From positions 18,520-82,519 of the IMG/VR virus record IMGVR_UViG_3300036851_000321: 64,000 bases of DNA. One strand, 5' to 3'. The notes below the pieces were generated by a model that was not told the DNA's origin, made no database searches, and was given only the letters and a program-made list of their open reading frames with translations. This DNA comes from a virus. Positions 8,726 through 15,917 of this stretch are shown piece by piece. The translations under genes and the position numbers were made by a program. Positions within the stretch are counted from its first letter, which is position 1, and each line of letters begins with the position of its first letter.

Positions 8726-8973
8726 GCGCCAAGGTCATCCCGATTTCGGACCGCGTCGCCCGCCTCCTTTCCCCACCCACCGGTGGCGTCCGCTTCGAAG
8801 CCGTCGTGGGCGGCGGCATCTGCTTCACCTGGCGGAACGATGACGGGGAGGTCGACCTCTACTTCGGGATCGATGAGGCGGCGGGGCTTGCGCGGCAGCT
8901 TGCCGACGCAATCGACCTCGCGGCGGAGTTGGTGAGGGCGGAGCGGGAGGAGAGGGGCGGGTGTGAGACGTGA
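8722..8973 (+). CDS. Hypothetical protein whose 3' end is duplicated downstream of tnpB
   Basis: Coupled on both sides; ends DLAAELVRAEREERGGCET. Confidence 0.75.
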   Translation: MSAKVIPISDRVARLLSPPTGGVRFEAVVGGGICFTWRNDDGEVDLYFGIDEAAGLARQLADAIDLAAELVRAEREERGGCET

Positions 8974-10148
8974 CCAGGAGCCAGTCCCTGTGCCGCGCCA
9001 TGCGATTCCGCGTCTACCCGACGGTGCATCAGGAGCGCCGACTTTTGGCATGGGAGTCGGCGCTGCGCTTCGTCTGGAATCTGGCGAACGAACAAAGGCT
9101 GATGGGCCTCGCTGGGCCATGGGGCGAGCGCGTCTTTCCGTCTGAGTTCTCTCAATCGCGCGAGGCGACCGAACTCCGCGCTGTGCTGCCATGGCTTTCG
9201 GACCTTCCGCGCGAGTCGATAACGTTTGTTCTGCGCCGGCTCCACGACGCCTGGCGTCGCTGTTTCTCACGCGTCAGCAAGCGCCCAGGCTTCAAGGTGA
9301 AGAGGCGCGACGTTGTGAGCATCGGGCTCAACCACCGGTACTGCCGCATTGAAGGCCAGACGGTGAAGCTGCCGAAGCTCGGCCCGTTGCGCATCGTCGC
9401 CCACCGCCCGCTGGTTGGGAAGTCGCGCGCGGTCTCTCTCGTTCGCGAAGGCGACCAGTGGTTCGCGGTGTTCGTTCGTGAGATAGAGGCGCCGAAGCCC
9501 GCTCGCCTCCCCGGCGCTGTCGCCCTCGACCGCGGCATCGTCTCCCTGGTCACCGACTCCGACAGCAAGACGATCGAAGGCCCCCGCTTCGCCGAGCGCT
9601 CCGCTCGCAAGCTGAAGCGGGCACAGCGCGCTCTCGCGCGCACCAAGAAAGGTTCTAGCAACCGAGCGAAGGCTCGGGAGCGACTGGCGCTGGTCCACCG
9701 AACGGTGAGGCGCCAGCGGGCATGGCTCCAGCATCAGATCAGTCACGACTACGCCAATAGCCACGGCACGGTCGTCATTGAGAAGCTGGAGACCGCCCGG
9801 ATGACCCGAAGCGCCAAGGGTTCCGTCGATGCACCCGGACGGAACGTCAAGGCGAAGGCCGGCTTGAACCGAAGCATTCTCGACGCCGGATGGTCCGGCC
9901 TTGCGGAAAAGCTCCGGTACAAGCTGGAAGAGCGAGGTGGCGAGCTCGTCGAAGTTCCGGCCGCCTACAGCTCGCAAACGTGCTCCGCGTGTGGCGTCGT
10001 TGACGCTGCCTCGCGCCGCACACAATCCGCGTTCTGCTGTGTTGCTTGCGGGCACCAGGAGAACGCGGACACGAACGCTGCGCGGGTGATTCTCAGCCGG
10101 TGGAACCCACCGGTTCAGCCTGTGGAGGCATGCGATGGCGCGGCCTGA
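8970..10148 (+). CDS. tnpB: TnpB RNA-guided endonuclease (IS200/IS605 family), no tnpA in window
   Basis: N-terminal RFRVYPT...LRFVWNLA; RuvC ALDRG / VIEKL / NADTNAA; CSACG...CVACG Zn finger; KAGLNRSILDAGW. Confidence 0.95.
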   Translation: MTRSQSLCRAMRFRVYPTVHQERRLLAWESALRFVWNLANEQRLMGLAGPWGERVFPSEFSQSREATELRAVLPWLSDLPRESITFVLRRLHDAWRRCFSRVSKRPGFKVKRRDVVSIGLNHRYCRIEGQTVKLPKLGPLRIVAHRPLVGKSRAVSLVREGDQWFAVFVREIEAPKPARLPGAVALDRGIVSLVTDSDSKTIEGPRFAERSARKLKRAQRALARTKKGSSNRAKARERLALVHRTVRRQRAWLQHQISHDYANSHGTVVIEKLETARMTRSAKGSVDAPGRNVKAKAGLNRSILDAGWSGLAEKLRYKLEERGGELVEVPAAYSSQTCSACGVVDAASRRTQSAFCCVACGHQENADTNAARVILSRWNPPVQPVEACDGAA

Positions 10149-10199
10149 GAAGCAGGAAGCGGAGCGATCTGCGGGTTACGACCTGGCAACGGAGCTCTT
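10090..10199 (+). ncRNA. Predicted TnpB omega-RNA (scaffold to about 10179, guide from about 10180)
   Basis: CCGGTGG-AAC-CCACCGG hairpin (10097-10113), GCCTGTGGAG...GAAGCAGGAA, GCGGA-GCGA-TCTGC hairpin, end GGTTAC; 5' boundary uncertain. Confidence 0.65.
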
Positions 10200-10233
10200 A
10201 AAGGCCGAGCGCGAGGGGGGCGAAGGGAAATGA
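10180..10233 (+). pseudogene. Orphaned copy of the 3' end of gene 8722-8973 (DLATELLKAEREGGEGK*)
   Basis: 9 of 12 codons give the same amino acid as 8914-8949; its TGA overlaps the ATG at 10230. Confidence 0.75.
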
Positions 10234-10658
10234 GCGACCTTGTCGTAACCGTTCCGAAGCCGATCTGGCTAGACTGGATCTACGAGGGCGATGCCGCGGG
10301 CGAGCCGGCCACCGGAGAGGAGTGGGGCTTCTTCCTCGGTGGAGCACGCCCCGCCGCGCTTCCAGGCGACCGACTTTACATCGTGGCTCACGGCCTGCTC
10401 CGTGGCTACGCACCGATCACGCGTATCGCACGCACGGAGCGCGGCTGGGCAATCTGCCGGAACCACGGCGCCCAAGCGGTAACGATTGCGGGCGAGATCC
10501 ACGGCTTCCGCGGGTGGCGAAAGCGCTGGTGGGACCGGGCGCAAGAGATCCCCTTCCCCGATTGGAAGATCGCGGGGGTGAAACCGCAATCGCGCGAGGA
10601 CCAGTACACGCTCGACCGGCTATTTCGAGAGGCCGTTTCGTTGCCGGGGGCGGAATAG
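10230..10658 (+). CDS. Hypothetical protein, possibly PUA/ASCH-like
   Basis: Trp-rich; PGDRLYIVAHGLLRGYA and GFRGWR; fold is inference. Confidence 0.55.
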   Translation: MSDLVVTVPKPIWLDWIYEGDAAGEPATGEEWGFFLGGARPAALPGDRLYIVAHGLLRGYAPITRIARTERGWAICRNHGAQAVTIAGEIHGFRGWRKRWWDRAQEIPFPDWKIAGVKPQSREDQYTLDRLFREAVSLPGAE

Positions 10659-11065
10659 TGAGCGCCCCCATCCGCTTCCAGCTCTCCCGTCGCAAGGGCT
10701 ACCGCAAGCCAGAGGGTGGCGTCGTGTGTACGCGTGCGAGCCGATGGGGCAACCCGCACAAGGTAGCGGACGTGTTTCTCGAGATGCTTCGCGCGATTCC
10801 AGAGAGCGAGCGACCGAAGTATCGAAGCATTGACCACGGGAATCTGCTTCTTGAGGCCACGCGCGCCGCGATCAATCGATTCAGCGCCGACCTCTACGCC
10901 GGCAAACTCCGGGTGACCGTTGATGACGTGAGGCGTGAATTACGGGGAAAGTCGCTCGGCTGTTTTTGCGCGCTCCCGGCCGAGGGACAGTTGGACTTGT
11001 GCCACGCGGCGATCCTACTTGAAATCAGCAACCAGGAGGACGACGGCGGTGCCGAAGAAGCTTGA
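10658..11065 (+). CDS. DUF4326-family protein
   Basis: RRKGYRKPEG..CTRASRWGNP...LRGKSLGCFC...CHAAIL. Confidence 0.85.
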   Translation: MSAPIRFQLSRRKGYRKPEGGVVCTRASRWGNPHKVADVFLEMLRAIPESERPKYRSIDHGNLLLEATRAAINRFSADLYAGKLRVTVDDVRRELRGKSLGCFCALPAEGQLDLCHAAILLEISNQEDDGGAEEA

Positions 11066-11675
11066 GCTATCTGGCATGTCATTCGGCAGGCTCTCTGTCA
11101 TCTCTGAATCTGGCCGTGACAAGCACGGAGCCACGCTGTGGGCTTGTCGCTGCGCTTGTGGTGCCACGTCCGTTGTGCGTGGCGCAACCCTGGCAAGCGG
11201 TCGCGCTCGGTCTTGCGGGTGTGGTGTTCTGGAAGCAGCCCGGCTTCCAAAGAAGCATGGCGCAACCAAGTCAGCGCTCTACCGCCGTTGGCAAGCAATG
11301 AAGGCCAGGTGCGGCAACGAAAAAGGCTCCGAGTTCCACAACTACGGCGGACGTGGGATAACTGTGTGTCCGCGCTGGCTGCATTCGTTCGAGAACTTTG
11401 CTGCCGACATGGTGGCTGAGTTCTCAGAAGACCTGGAACTCGATCGCGTCGACGTGAACGGCAACTACGAGCCGGGCAACTGTCGCTGGGCGACCCGCAA
11501 AGTTCAACAGCGAAACAAGCGCGACAACCACTTCGTCACAATTGGAGCCAAGACCCAGACCGTTCAGGATTGGGCTGAACAACTAGGGATCAAGCCCAAT
11601 ACCATTGTGACCAGGTTGCGCCGCGGGTGGGACGTTGCTGATGCATTGAAGGTCGCGAACGGAGGCGAGCCATGA
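11049..11675 (+). CDS. HNH homing-endonuclease-like protein
   Basis: FGRLSV, WACRCACG, WQAMKARC, YGGRGI, LDRVDVNGNYEPGNCRWAT. Confidence 0.85.
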   Translation: MPKKLELSGMSFGRLSVISESGRDKHGATLWACRCACGATSVVRGATLASGRARSCGCGVLEAARLPKKHGATKSALYRRWQAMKARCGNEKGSEFHNYGGRGITVCPRWLHSFENFAADMVAEFSEDLELDRVDVNGNYEPGNCRWATRKVQQRNKRDNHFVTIGAKTQTVQDWAEQLGIKPNTIVTRLRRGWDVADALKVANGGEP

Positions 11676-11821
11676 CCACCCTGACCCGCCTCCGCATCGC
11701 CCCCTACTTCCTCGCCGGCCACACCTTCCGCGGTTGCGCCCGAAAGTACCGGTGCACCGTCAGGCAGGCCGAGGAAGCTGTCCGCGTTACGTCGCGGGAG
11801 ATGCGCGGGAGGAAGCGGTGA
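11672..11821 (+). CDS. Small hypothetical protein (49 aa)
   Basis: Hand translation MTTLTRLRIAPYF...; overlaps at both ends. Confidence 0.5.
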   Translation: MTTLTRLRIAPYFLAGHTFRGCARKYRCTVRQAEEAVRVTSREMRGRKR

Positions 11822-12132
11822 GCGAAACCGAGATCTCCCTCAACATCCGCCGAGCCCTGAAGCTGGCCGGCTTCTGGTGCGAGCGTGTGAACAGCGGGAA
11901 GGTGCCGACGCGGGGCGGGTTCTTCCAAGGGGCAAGCAAGGGCACGCCCGACACCGTCGTCGTCTCCCCGGTGTACGGCTGGCTCGAGACCAAAACGCCC
12001 GAGGGGAAGCTCAGCGACGGGCAGCGCAAGTGGCACGCGAAGGCAAAAGCCCGTTGCGTTCGCATCGCCGTCGTCATGAGCGCGTCAGAGGCGATCGCGG
12101 TGGTTAGGGGATGGCGGAGGGAGGCCACATGA
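11818..12132 (+). CDS. VRR-NUC domain nuclease (resolvase-like)
   Basis: SETEI...GTPD...WLETKTPEGKLSDGQRKW. Confidence 0.85.
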   Translation: MSETEISLNIRRALKLAGFWCERVNSGKVPTRGGFFQGASKGTPDTVVVSPVYGWLETKTPEGKLSDGQRKWHAKAKARCVRIAVVMSASEAIAVVRGWRREAT

Positions 12133-12341
12133 GTGAGCTTCGTCGCAGCGTCGGCGCACTCGTGCTCTTCCACGGGGCGACGATCGAGCGCGCGCTCAGG
12201 TTCTCCGCTTCACAGATGGAGCTTGCCGAGCGCTCGGAGGCAACTGATCCGGAGCTCCGTGACGCAGCGGGGGAACAGCTAGCCAAGATCGACGCTGCAC
12301 TCGAGGCGTTCCTGGCGCTCGGGAAGGAGCTGCAGAAGTGA
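12129..12341 (+). CDS. Hypothetical helical protein
   Basis: GGAGG RBS; overlaps at both ends. Confidence 0.55.
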   Translation: MSELRRSVGALVLFHGATIERALRFSASQMELAERSEATDPELRDAAGEQLAKIDAALEAFLALGKELQK

Positions 12342-13135
12342 TGGCTGAGGGTAGCTTGCGGGCGGTGGTGGAGGGGGAGGCAACGTGGGCGATCGTGCAT
12401 GGGGATTGTCGCGAAGTGCTCGCCACGCTCCCGGATCGCTCCGTCGACCACGTGATTACGGATCCGCCGTACGACGAGCACACCCAGGCAAACATCTCGT
12501 CCGGTACCGCGTTCAAGCGGCAGCTCGACGGGTTCACGTCAGGCTCCGGGATCCCACGCGTCGACCTTGGGTTTGCCCCGCTTGAATCGTGCGACTTCGC
12601 CCGGGACCTCGTCCGCGTTTCTCGCCGCTGGACCATCTGCTTTTCCAGCATCGAGAACATCGGCGCCTACCGCGACGCCGTTGGCTCCGAGCACTGGGTG
12701 CGCGGTGGAGTTTGGTACAAGCCGAACTCGATGGGTCAGCTCACGGCGGACAGGCCGGCGAGCGCATGTGAGTTCCTGGCCATCATGCACGCCGCGGGTG
12801 AGAAGCGGTGGAACGGGAAGGGCTCATATGCGCACTGGGTGTTCAACGGGACCCGCGGAGAACTCGAGCGTCACCCCTGCCAAAAGCCGCTCGATCTGAT
12901 GCTGCGCCTCGTCGAGCAGTTCACCGATCCGGGTGACGTGATCCTGGACGCGTTTTGCGGGTCCGCCGCAACCGGGATCGCCGCGCTCAGGCTCGGGCGT
13001 CGGTTCATCGGCATCGAGTGTGATCCGCCATGGGTCGAGCTCGCGCGTGACAGGTTGATCGCGGAGACCGAGAACTCAACGGTTGCGGCACGAAGAGCAG
13101 GGCAGGTCGCGCTCTTCTCGGAGGTCCCCCAGTGA
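12338..13135 (+). CDS. DNA N6-adenine/N4-cytosine methyltransferase (beta class)
   Basis: HGDC, ITDPPY, HPCQKP, ILDAFCGSAAT, RRFIGIE. Confidence 0.9.
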   Translation: MMAEGSLRAVVEGEATWAIVHGDCREVLATLPDRSVDHVITDPPYDEHTQANISSGTAFKRQLDGFTSGSGIPRVDLGFAPLESCDFARDLVRVSRRWTICFSSIENIGAYRDAVGSEHWVRGGVWYKPNSMGQLTADRPASACEFLAIMHAAGEKRWNGKGSYAHWVFNGTRGELERHPCQKPLDLMLRLVEQFTDPGDVILDAFCGSAATGIAALRLGRRFIGIECDPPWVELARDRLIAETENSTVAARRAGQVALFSEVPQ

Positions 13136-14199
13136 GCGCGCAACTCCTCGCCCCGTACCCCTACTTCGGAGGCAAGCGCGACGTCGCGCCCATGATCTGG
13201 TCTCGCCTCGGACGCCCGAAGCACTACATCGAACCGTTCTGCGGGTCCGCTGCCGTTCTTCTTGCGGCACCCGAGCCCGCTTCGCTTGAGGTCATCGGCG
13301 ACATGAACGGCTTCATCGCGAATTTCTGGCGCTCGGTTGTTCACCAGGCCGCCGAGGTCGCGAAGTGGGCTGACTACCCGGTCTCGCATGTGGACCTCGG
13401 TGCGCGTCACGGGTGGCTGATGGAGCAGCGTGGCGCCATCGAAGCGGGCCTACAAGATCCGAACTGGCCGGGTGACGCGAAGGTCGCCGGTTGGTGGCTC
13501 TGGGGTCAATGCTGCTGGATTGGCTCTGGGTGGTGTGATTGGGACAAGGGCGAGCGGCGCTCGAAGTGGGACCAGCGACCGCACATCACGACTCCAGGCA
13601 TGGGAGTTCAAGCGAGTCAGCGACGCCGGGAGGGGGATTCAGGCGACCGGGCAGGTGCCGACGTCACCTCCGCCGGGATGGGCATTCAAGCCGCCGGCAA
13701 GGTGCCACACGTCAGCGACGCCGGGAGGGGGATTCAGGCGACCGGGCAGGTGCCGCACGTCGGCAACGCCGATCCTAGCTTCTGGACCTCCTCCGGAGCC
13801 GTCGCACATCGCTGGCTCGGAATCTTGGCGACTCGCCTCGAGCGCGTCCGCGTTGTGCACGGCGAGTGGTCACGGTGCCTCAACAACCATTACGGCGCTG
13901 AGCGGACCGCAATCTACTTCGACCCGCCGTACGAGAGCTTCGAAGGCATCTACGGCGTCAAGAACAGCGTCGCCCAAGACGTCGCCGATTGGTGCCGAGA
14001 GCACGCCGATCTCGCGATTGCGCTGTCCGGCCACGTTGGCGACTACGACCTTCCTGGATGGGACGCTGTCCAATGGGAGCGCTCCGGTAACACCTACTCG
14101 GGCAGCGGCACGAAGGACCAGGAGATGATTTGGTTTGCTCCCGCGTGTCTGCCAGCGACGCCGCCAGCTCAGCGGTCGCTTTTCCAGGAGGTCTCCTGA
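13132..14199 (+). CDS. Dam-like DNA adenine methyltransferase with internal repeat insert
   Basis: YPYFGGK, YIEPFCGS, EVIGDMN, YFDPPY. Confidence 0.9.
   Translation: MSAQLLAPYPYFGGKRDVAPMIWSRLGRPKHYIEPFCGSAAVLLAAPEPASLEVIGDMNGFIANFWRSVVHQAAEVAKWADYPVSHVDLGARHGWLMEQRGAIEAGLQDPNWPGDAKVAGWWLWGQCCWIGSGWCDWDKGERRSKWDQRPHITTPGMGVQASQRRREGDSGDRAGADVTSAGMGIQAAGKVPHVSDAGRGIQATGQVPHVGNADPSFWTSSGAVAHRWLGILATRLERVRVVHGEWSRCLNNHYGAERTAIYFDPPYESFEGIYGVKNSVAQDVADWCREHADLAIALSGHVGDYDLPGWDAVQWERSGNTYSGSGTKDQEMIWFAPACLPATPPAQRSLFQEVS
13616..13755 (+). repeat. Exact 45-bp direct repeat (13616-13660 and 13711-13755)
   Basis: GTCAGCGACGCCGGGAGGGGGATTCAGGCGACCGGGCAGGTGCCG present twice, 95 bp apart. Confidence 0.9.
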
Positions 14200-14288
14200 T
14201 GCCCGCCAAGCGCCAGGGGTGGAGGGGTGGGGTTGCCAGCGCGGGCGGAGGTGTGCTCAATGGAGGATGTCCGGGCGAGAGCCTGGTC

Positions 14289-14337
14289 CGTCGGCTCGGG
14301 CTCGCTGTAGTAGGCAACGCTCGAGCCGACGTTTTTT
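14289..14337 (+). terminator. Terminator-like hairpin with T-tract
   Basis: CGTCGGCTCGGGC...GCTCGAGCCGACG followed by TTTTTT. Confidence 0.65.
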
Positions 14338-14475
14338 GTCGCAATCTTCCTTGTGATCGCTCACCCGAGCGGGTTACATTACGACGTTCCCGGACCTACT
14401 ACCGGGAGACATCGTCCCCACTTAGTGGGCGAGTGCTGCTTCGCGATGGCGGGGCGGGAAGGCGGGAGTGTGTCC

Positions 14476-14940
14476 ATGGACGGTGACGGTCGCAAGCCCA
14501 TCACGATGCGCGAAGTGTGCCGCGGGTGCTCGTGCCCCGATGGCTACATCACCGAGACTGGCGCGCAAGACGTGGTCCGTTGCGTGGATTGCGATCGGTT
14601 TTGCTACAACGCGCCGCGCACGGAGACGGGTAAGAAAGTCCGCAGCGTCCAGACTGTGCACGAGGCGATCAAACCCAAGCTTCGGGCACGAGTGATCACT
14701 AGTGCCAATGGGCGCTGCCAGCTCTGCGGCAAGGGGCCTGACTCCGGCGCCACGATGCACGTGGCTCATATGGTGAGCGTAAAACAAGGCCTAGAGAGCG
14801 GCATGACGGACGCCGAAATGAATTCGGAAGCGAATCTCATTTGCGCCTGTGACGAGTGCAACCTGGGGATCGGTGAGGACACGATCCCGCTGCGTCTCGC
14901 GCTGGCGATGATCATGGCGAAGACGAGGGTGAAGCCTTGA
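14476..14940 (+). CDS. HNH endonuclease with N-terminal Zn ribbon
   Basis: CRGC/CVDC; RCQLCG...MHVAH...NLICACDECNLG. Confidence 0.8.
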   Translation: MDGDGRKPITMREVCRGCSCPDGYITETGAQDVVRCVDCDRFCYNAPRTETGKKVRSVQTVHEAIKPKLRARVITSANGRCQLCGKGPDSGATMHVAHMVSVKQGLESGMTDAEMNSEANLICACDECNLGIGEDTIPLRLALAMIMAKTRVKP

Positions 14941-15917
14941 TCATTGTGAAGGAAGAGTTCCTAAGTAGCGTCAAGACGAAGCTCGCGGTGCGCCTCGGCG
15001 GCTGGCAGGCGATCGCTGTGTGGCTCGCGCTCAAGGGCTACGTCTCACAGAGCAACTCGGGCGGCTTTATCCCCGACGACGTGATCGACGATCTGCCCGG
15101 CATACCGGAGGCGTGGGGCCGCGCAATGAACGGACTACTTGGCTGCGGCAAGATGCGCGACGACGGCACGCGGGGCCCCGGGCTCGTGCTGAAGGTTGAG
15201 CACGGGTACCGACTGCATGACCACGACGACCACGGCACGGCGGTCGAGGTTGAGGAGTTCCGGCGGCGCAAGGCGAGGGAGCAGAAGCGGCGACGGCGCG
15301 AGGAGCTGAAACGCTTACTCGAAGCCGGACAGTCCTGCGGACAACAACCGGACACGGCAACGGACGGTCCGTCGGACACAGCAACGGACGGAGACGGACA
15401 GTCCGAACCGGACAGTCATGCGGACAGCCCCCGCGCGCGAGCGGGCACACGCCCGCGCGAGCACGCCCACGCGCGCGCTCCCAGCCCAACCCAGCCCCCT
15501 CCGGAGGAAGAAAATCCCCCTACCCCCAAGCCGAGGGACCGGATGCTCGAGAGCCTAACCGGGAACGCGCCGAAGCAACGGGCGGACGTTCTGGCCCTCT
15601 TCGAAGCCTGGAAAGCGACATTCGGTTTCACCGACGCGAAGCTTGGCGTCGGTATCTGGAACAGCGACGCCGAAACCCTGGCTGAGTGTATCGATGCGCA
15701 CGGGGCGGAGGCGTGCGACCTGGTTCTGAAGCACGCGATGGGAGACGGCATGGTGAACGGGCGAGACGACGACAAGCGTCAGGCGCACGACTCGATCGCG
15801 TACATCTTCGGAAACCAAAACGCGTTCAACCGGATACTTCGCGTGGCACGCAAGGCGGCAATATCTGGTGCGCTCACTCCCGCCGAAAAGATCCGCCTCG
15901 CCGGAGAACTTCGATGA
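14937..15917 (+). CDS. Phage replication initiator (O-like)
   Basis: Directly upstream of helicase; RRRKAREQKRRRR helix followed by a low-complexity linker carrying DNA repeats. Confidence 0.65.
   Translation: MIIVKEEFLSSVKTKLAVRLGGWQAIAVWLALKGYVSQSNSGGFIPDDVIDDLPGIPEAWGRAMNGLLGCGKMRDDGTRGPGLVLKVEHGYRLHDHDDHGTAVEVEEFRRRKAREQKRRRREELKRLLEAGQSCGQQPDTATDGPSDTATDGDGQSEPDSHADSPRARAGTRPREHAHARAPSPTQPPPEEENPPTPKPRDRMLESLTGNAPKQRADVLALFEAWKATFGFTDAKLGVGIWNSDAETLAECIDAHGAEACDLVLKHAMGDGMVNGRDDDKRQAHDSIAYIFGNQNAFNRILRVARKAAISGALTPAEKIRLAGELR
15326..15427 (+). repeat. Iteron-like array, putative replication origin
   Basis: CGGAC at 15326, 15338, 15349, 15361, 15373, 15385, 15395, 15409 and 15421 (10-14 bp spacing). 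Confidence 0.7.

Noticed and set aside
8970-10229. Complete IS605/IS607 element or Cas12 CRISPR locus
   Set aside because: No tnpA, no recognisable left end, and no repeat-spacer array or cas1/cas2 seen in the window.
13616-13755. DGR template/variable repeat pair
   Set aside because: The copies are identical with no adenine-specific differences, and no reverse transcriptase is visible.
15326-15427. CRISPR-like array
   Set aside because: Units are 5-7 bp with about 12-bp period inside a coding region; they fit iterons.
15686-15913. N-terminal extension of the primase-helicase in the ORF track
   Set aside because: Overlaps the initiator gene; the ATGA-coupled start at 15914 with a GGAG RBS is more plausible.
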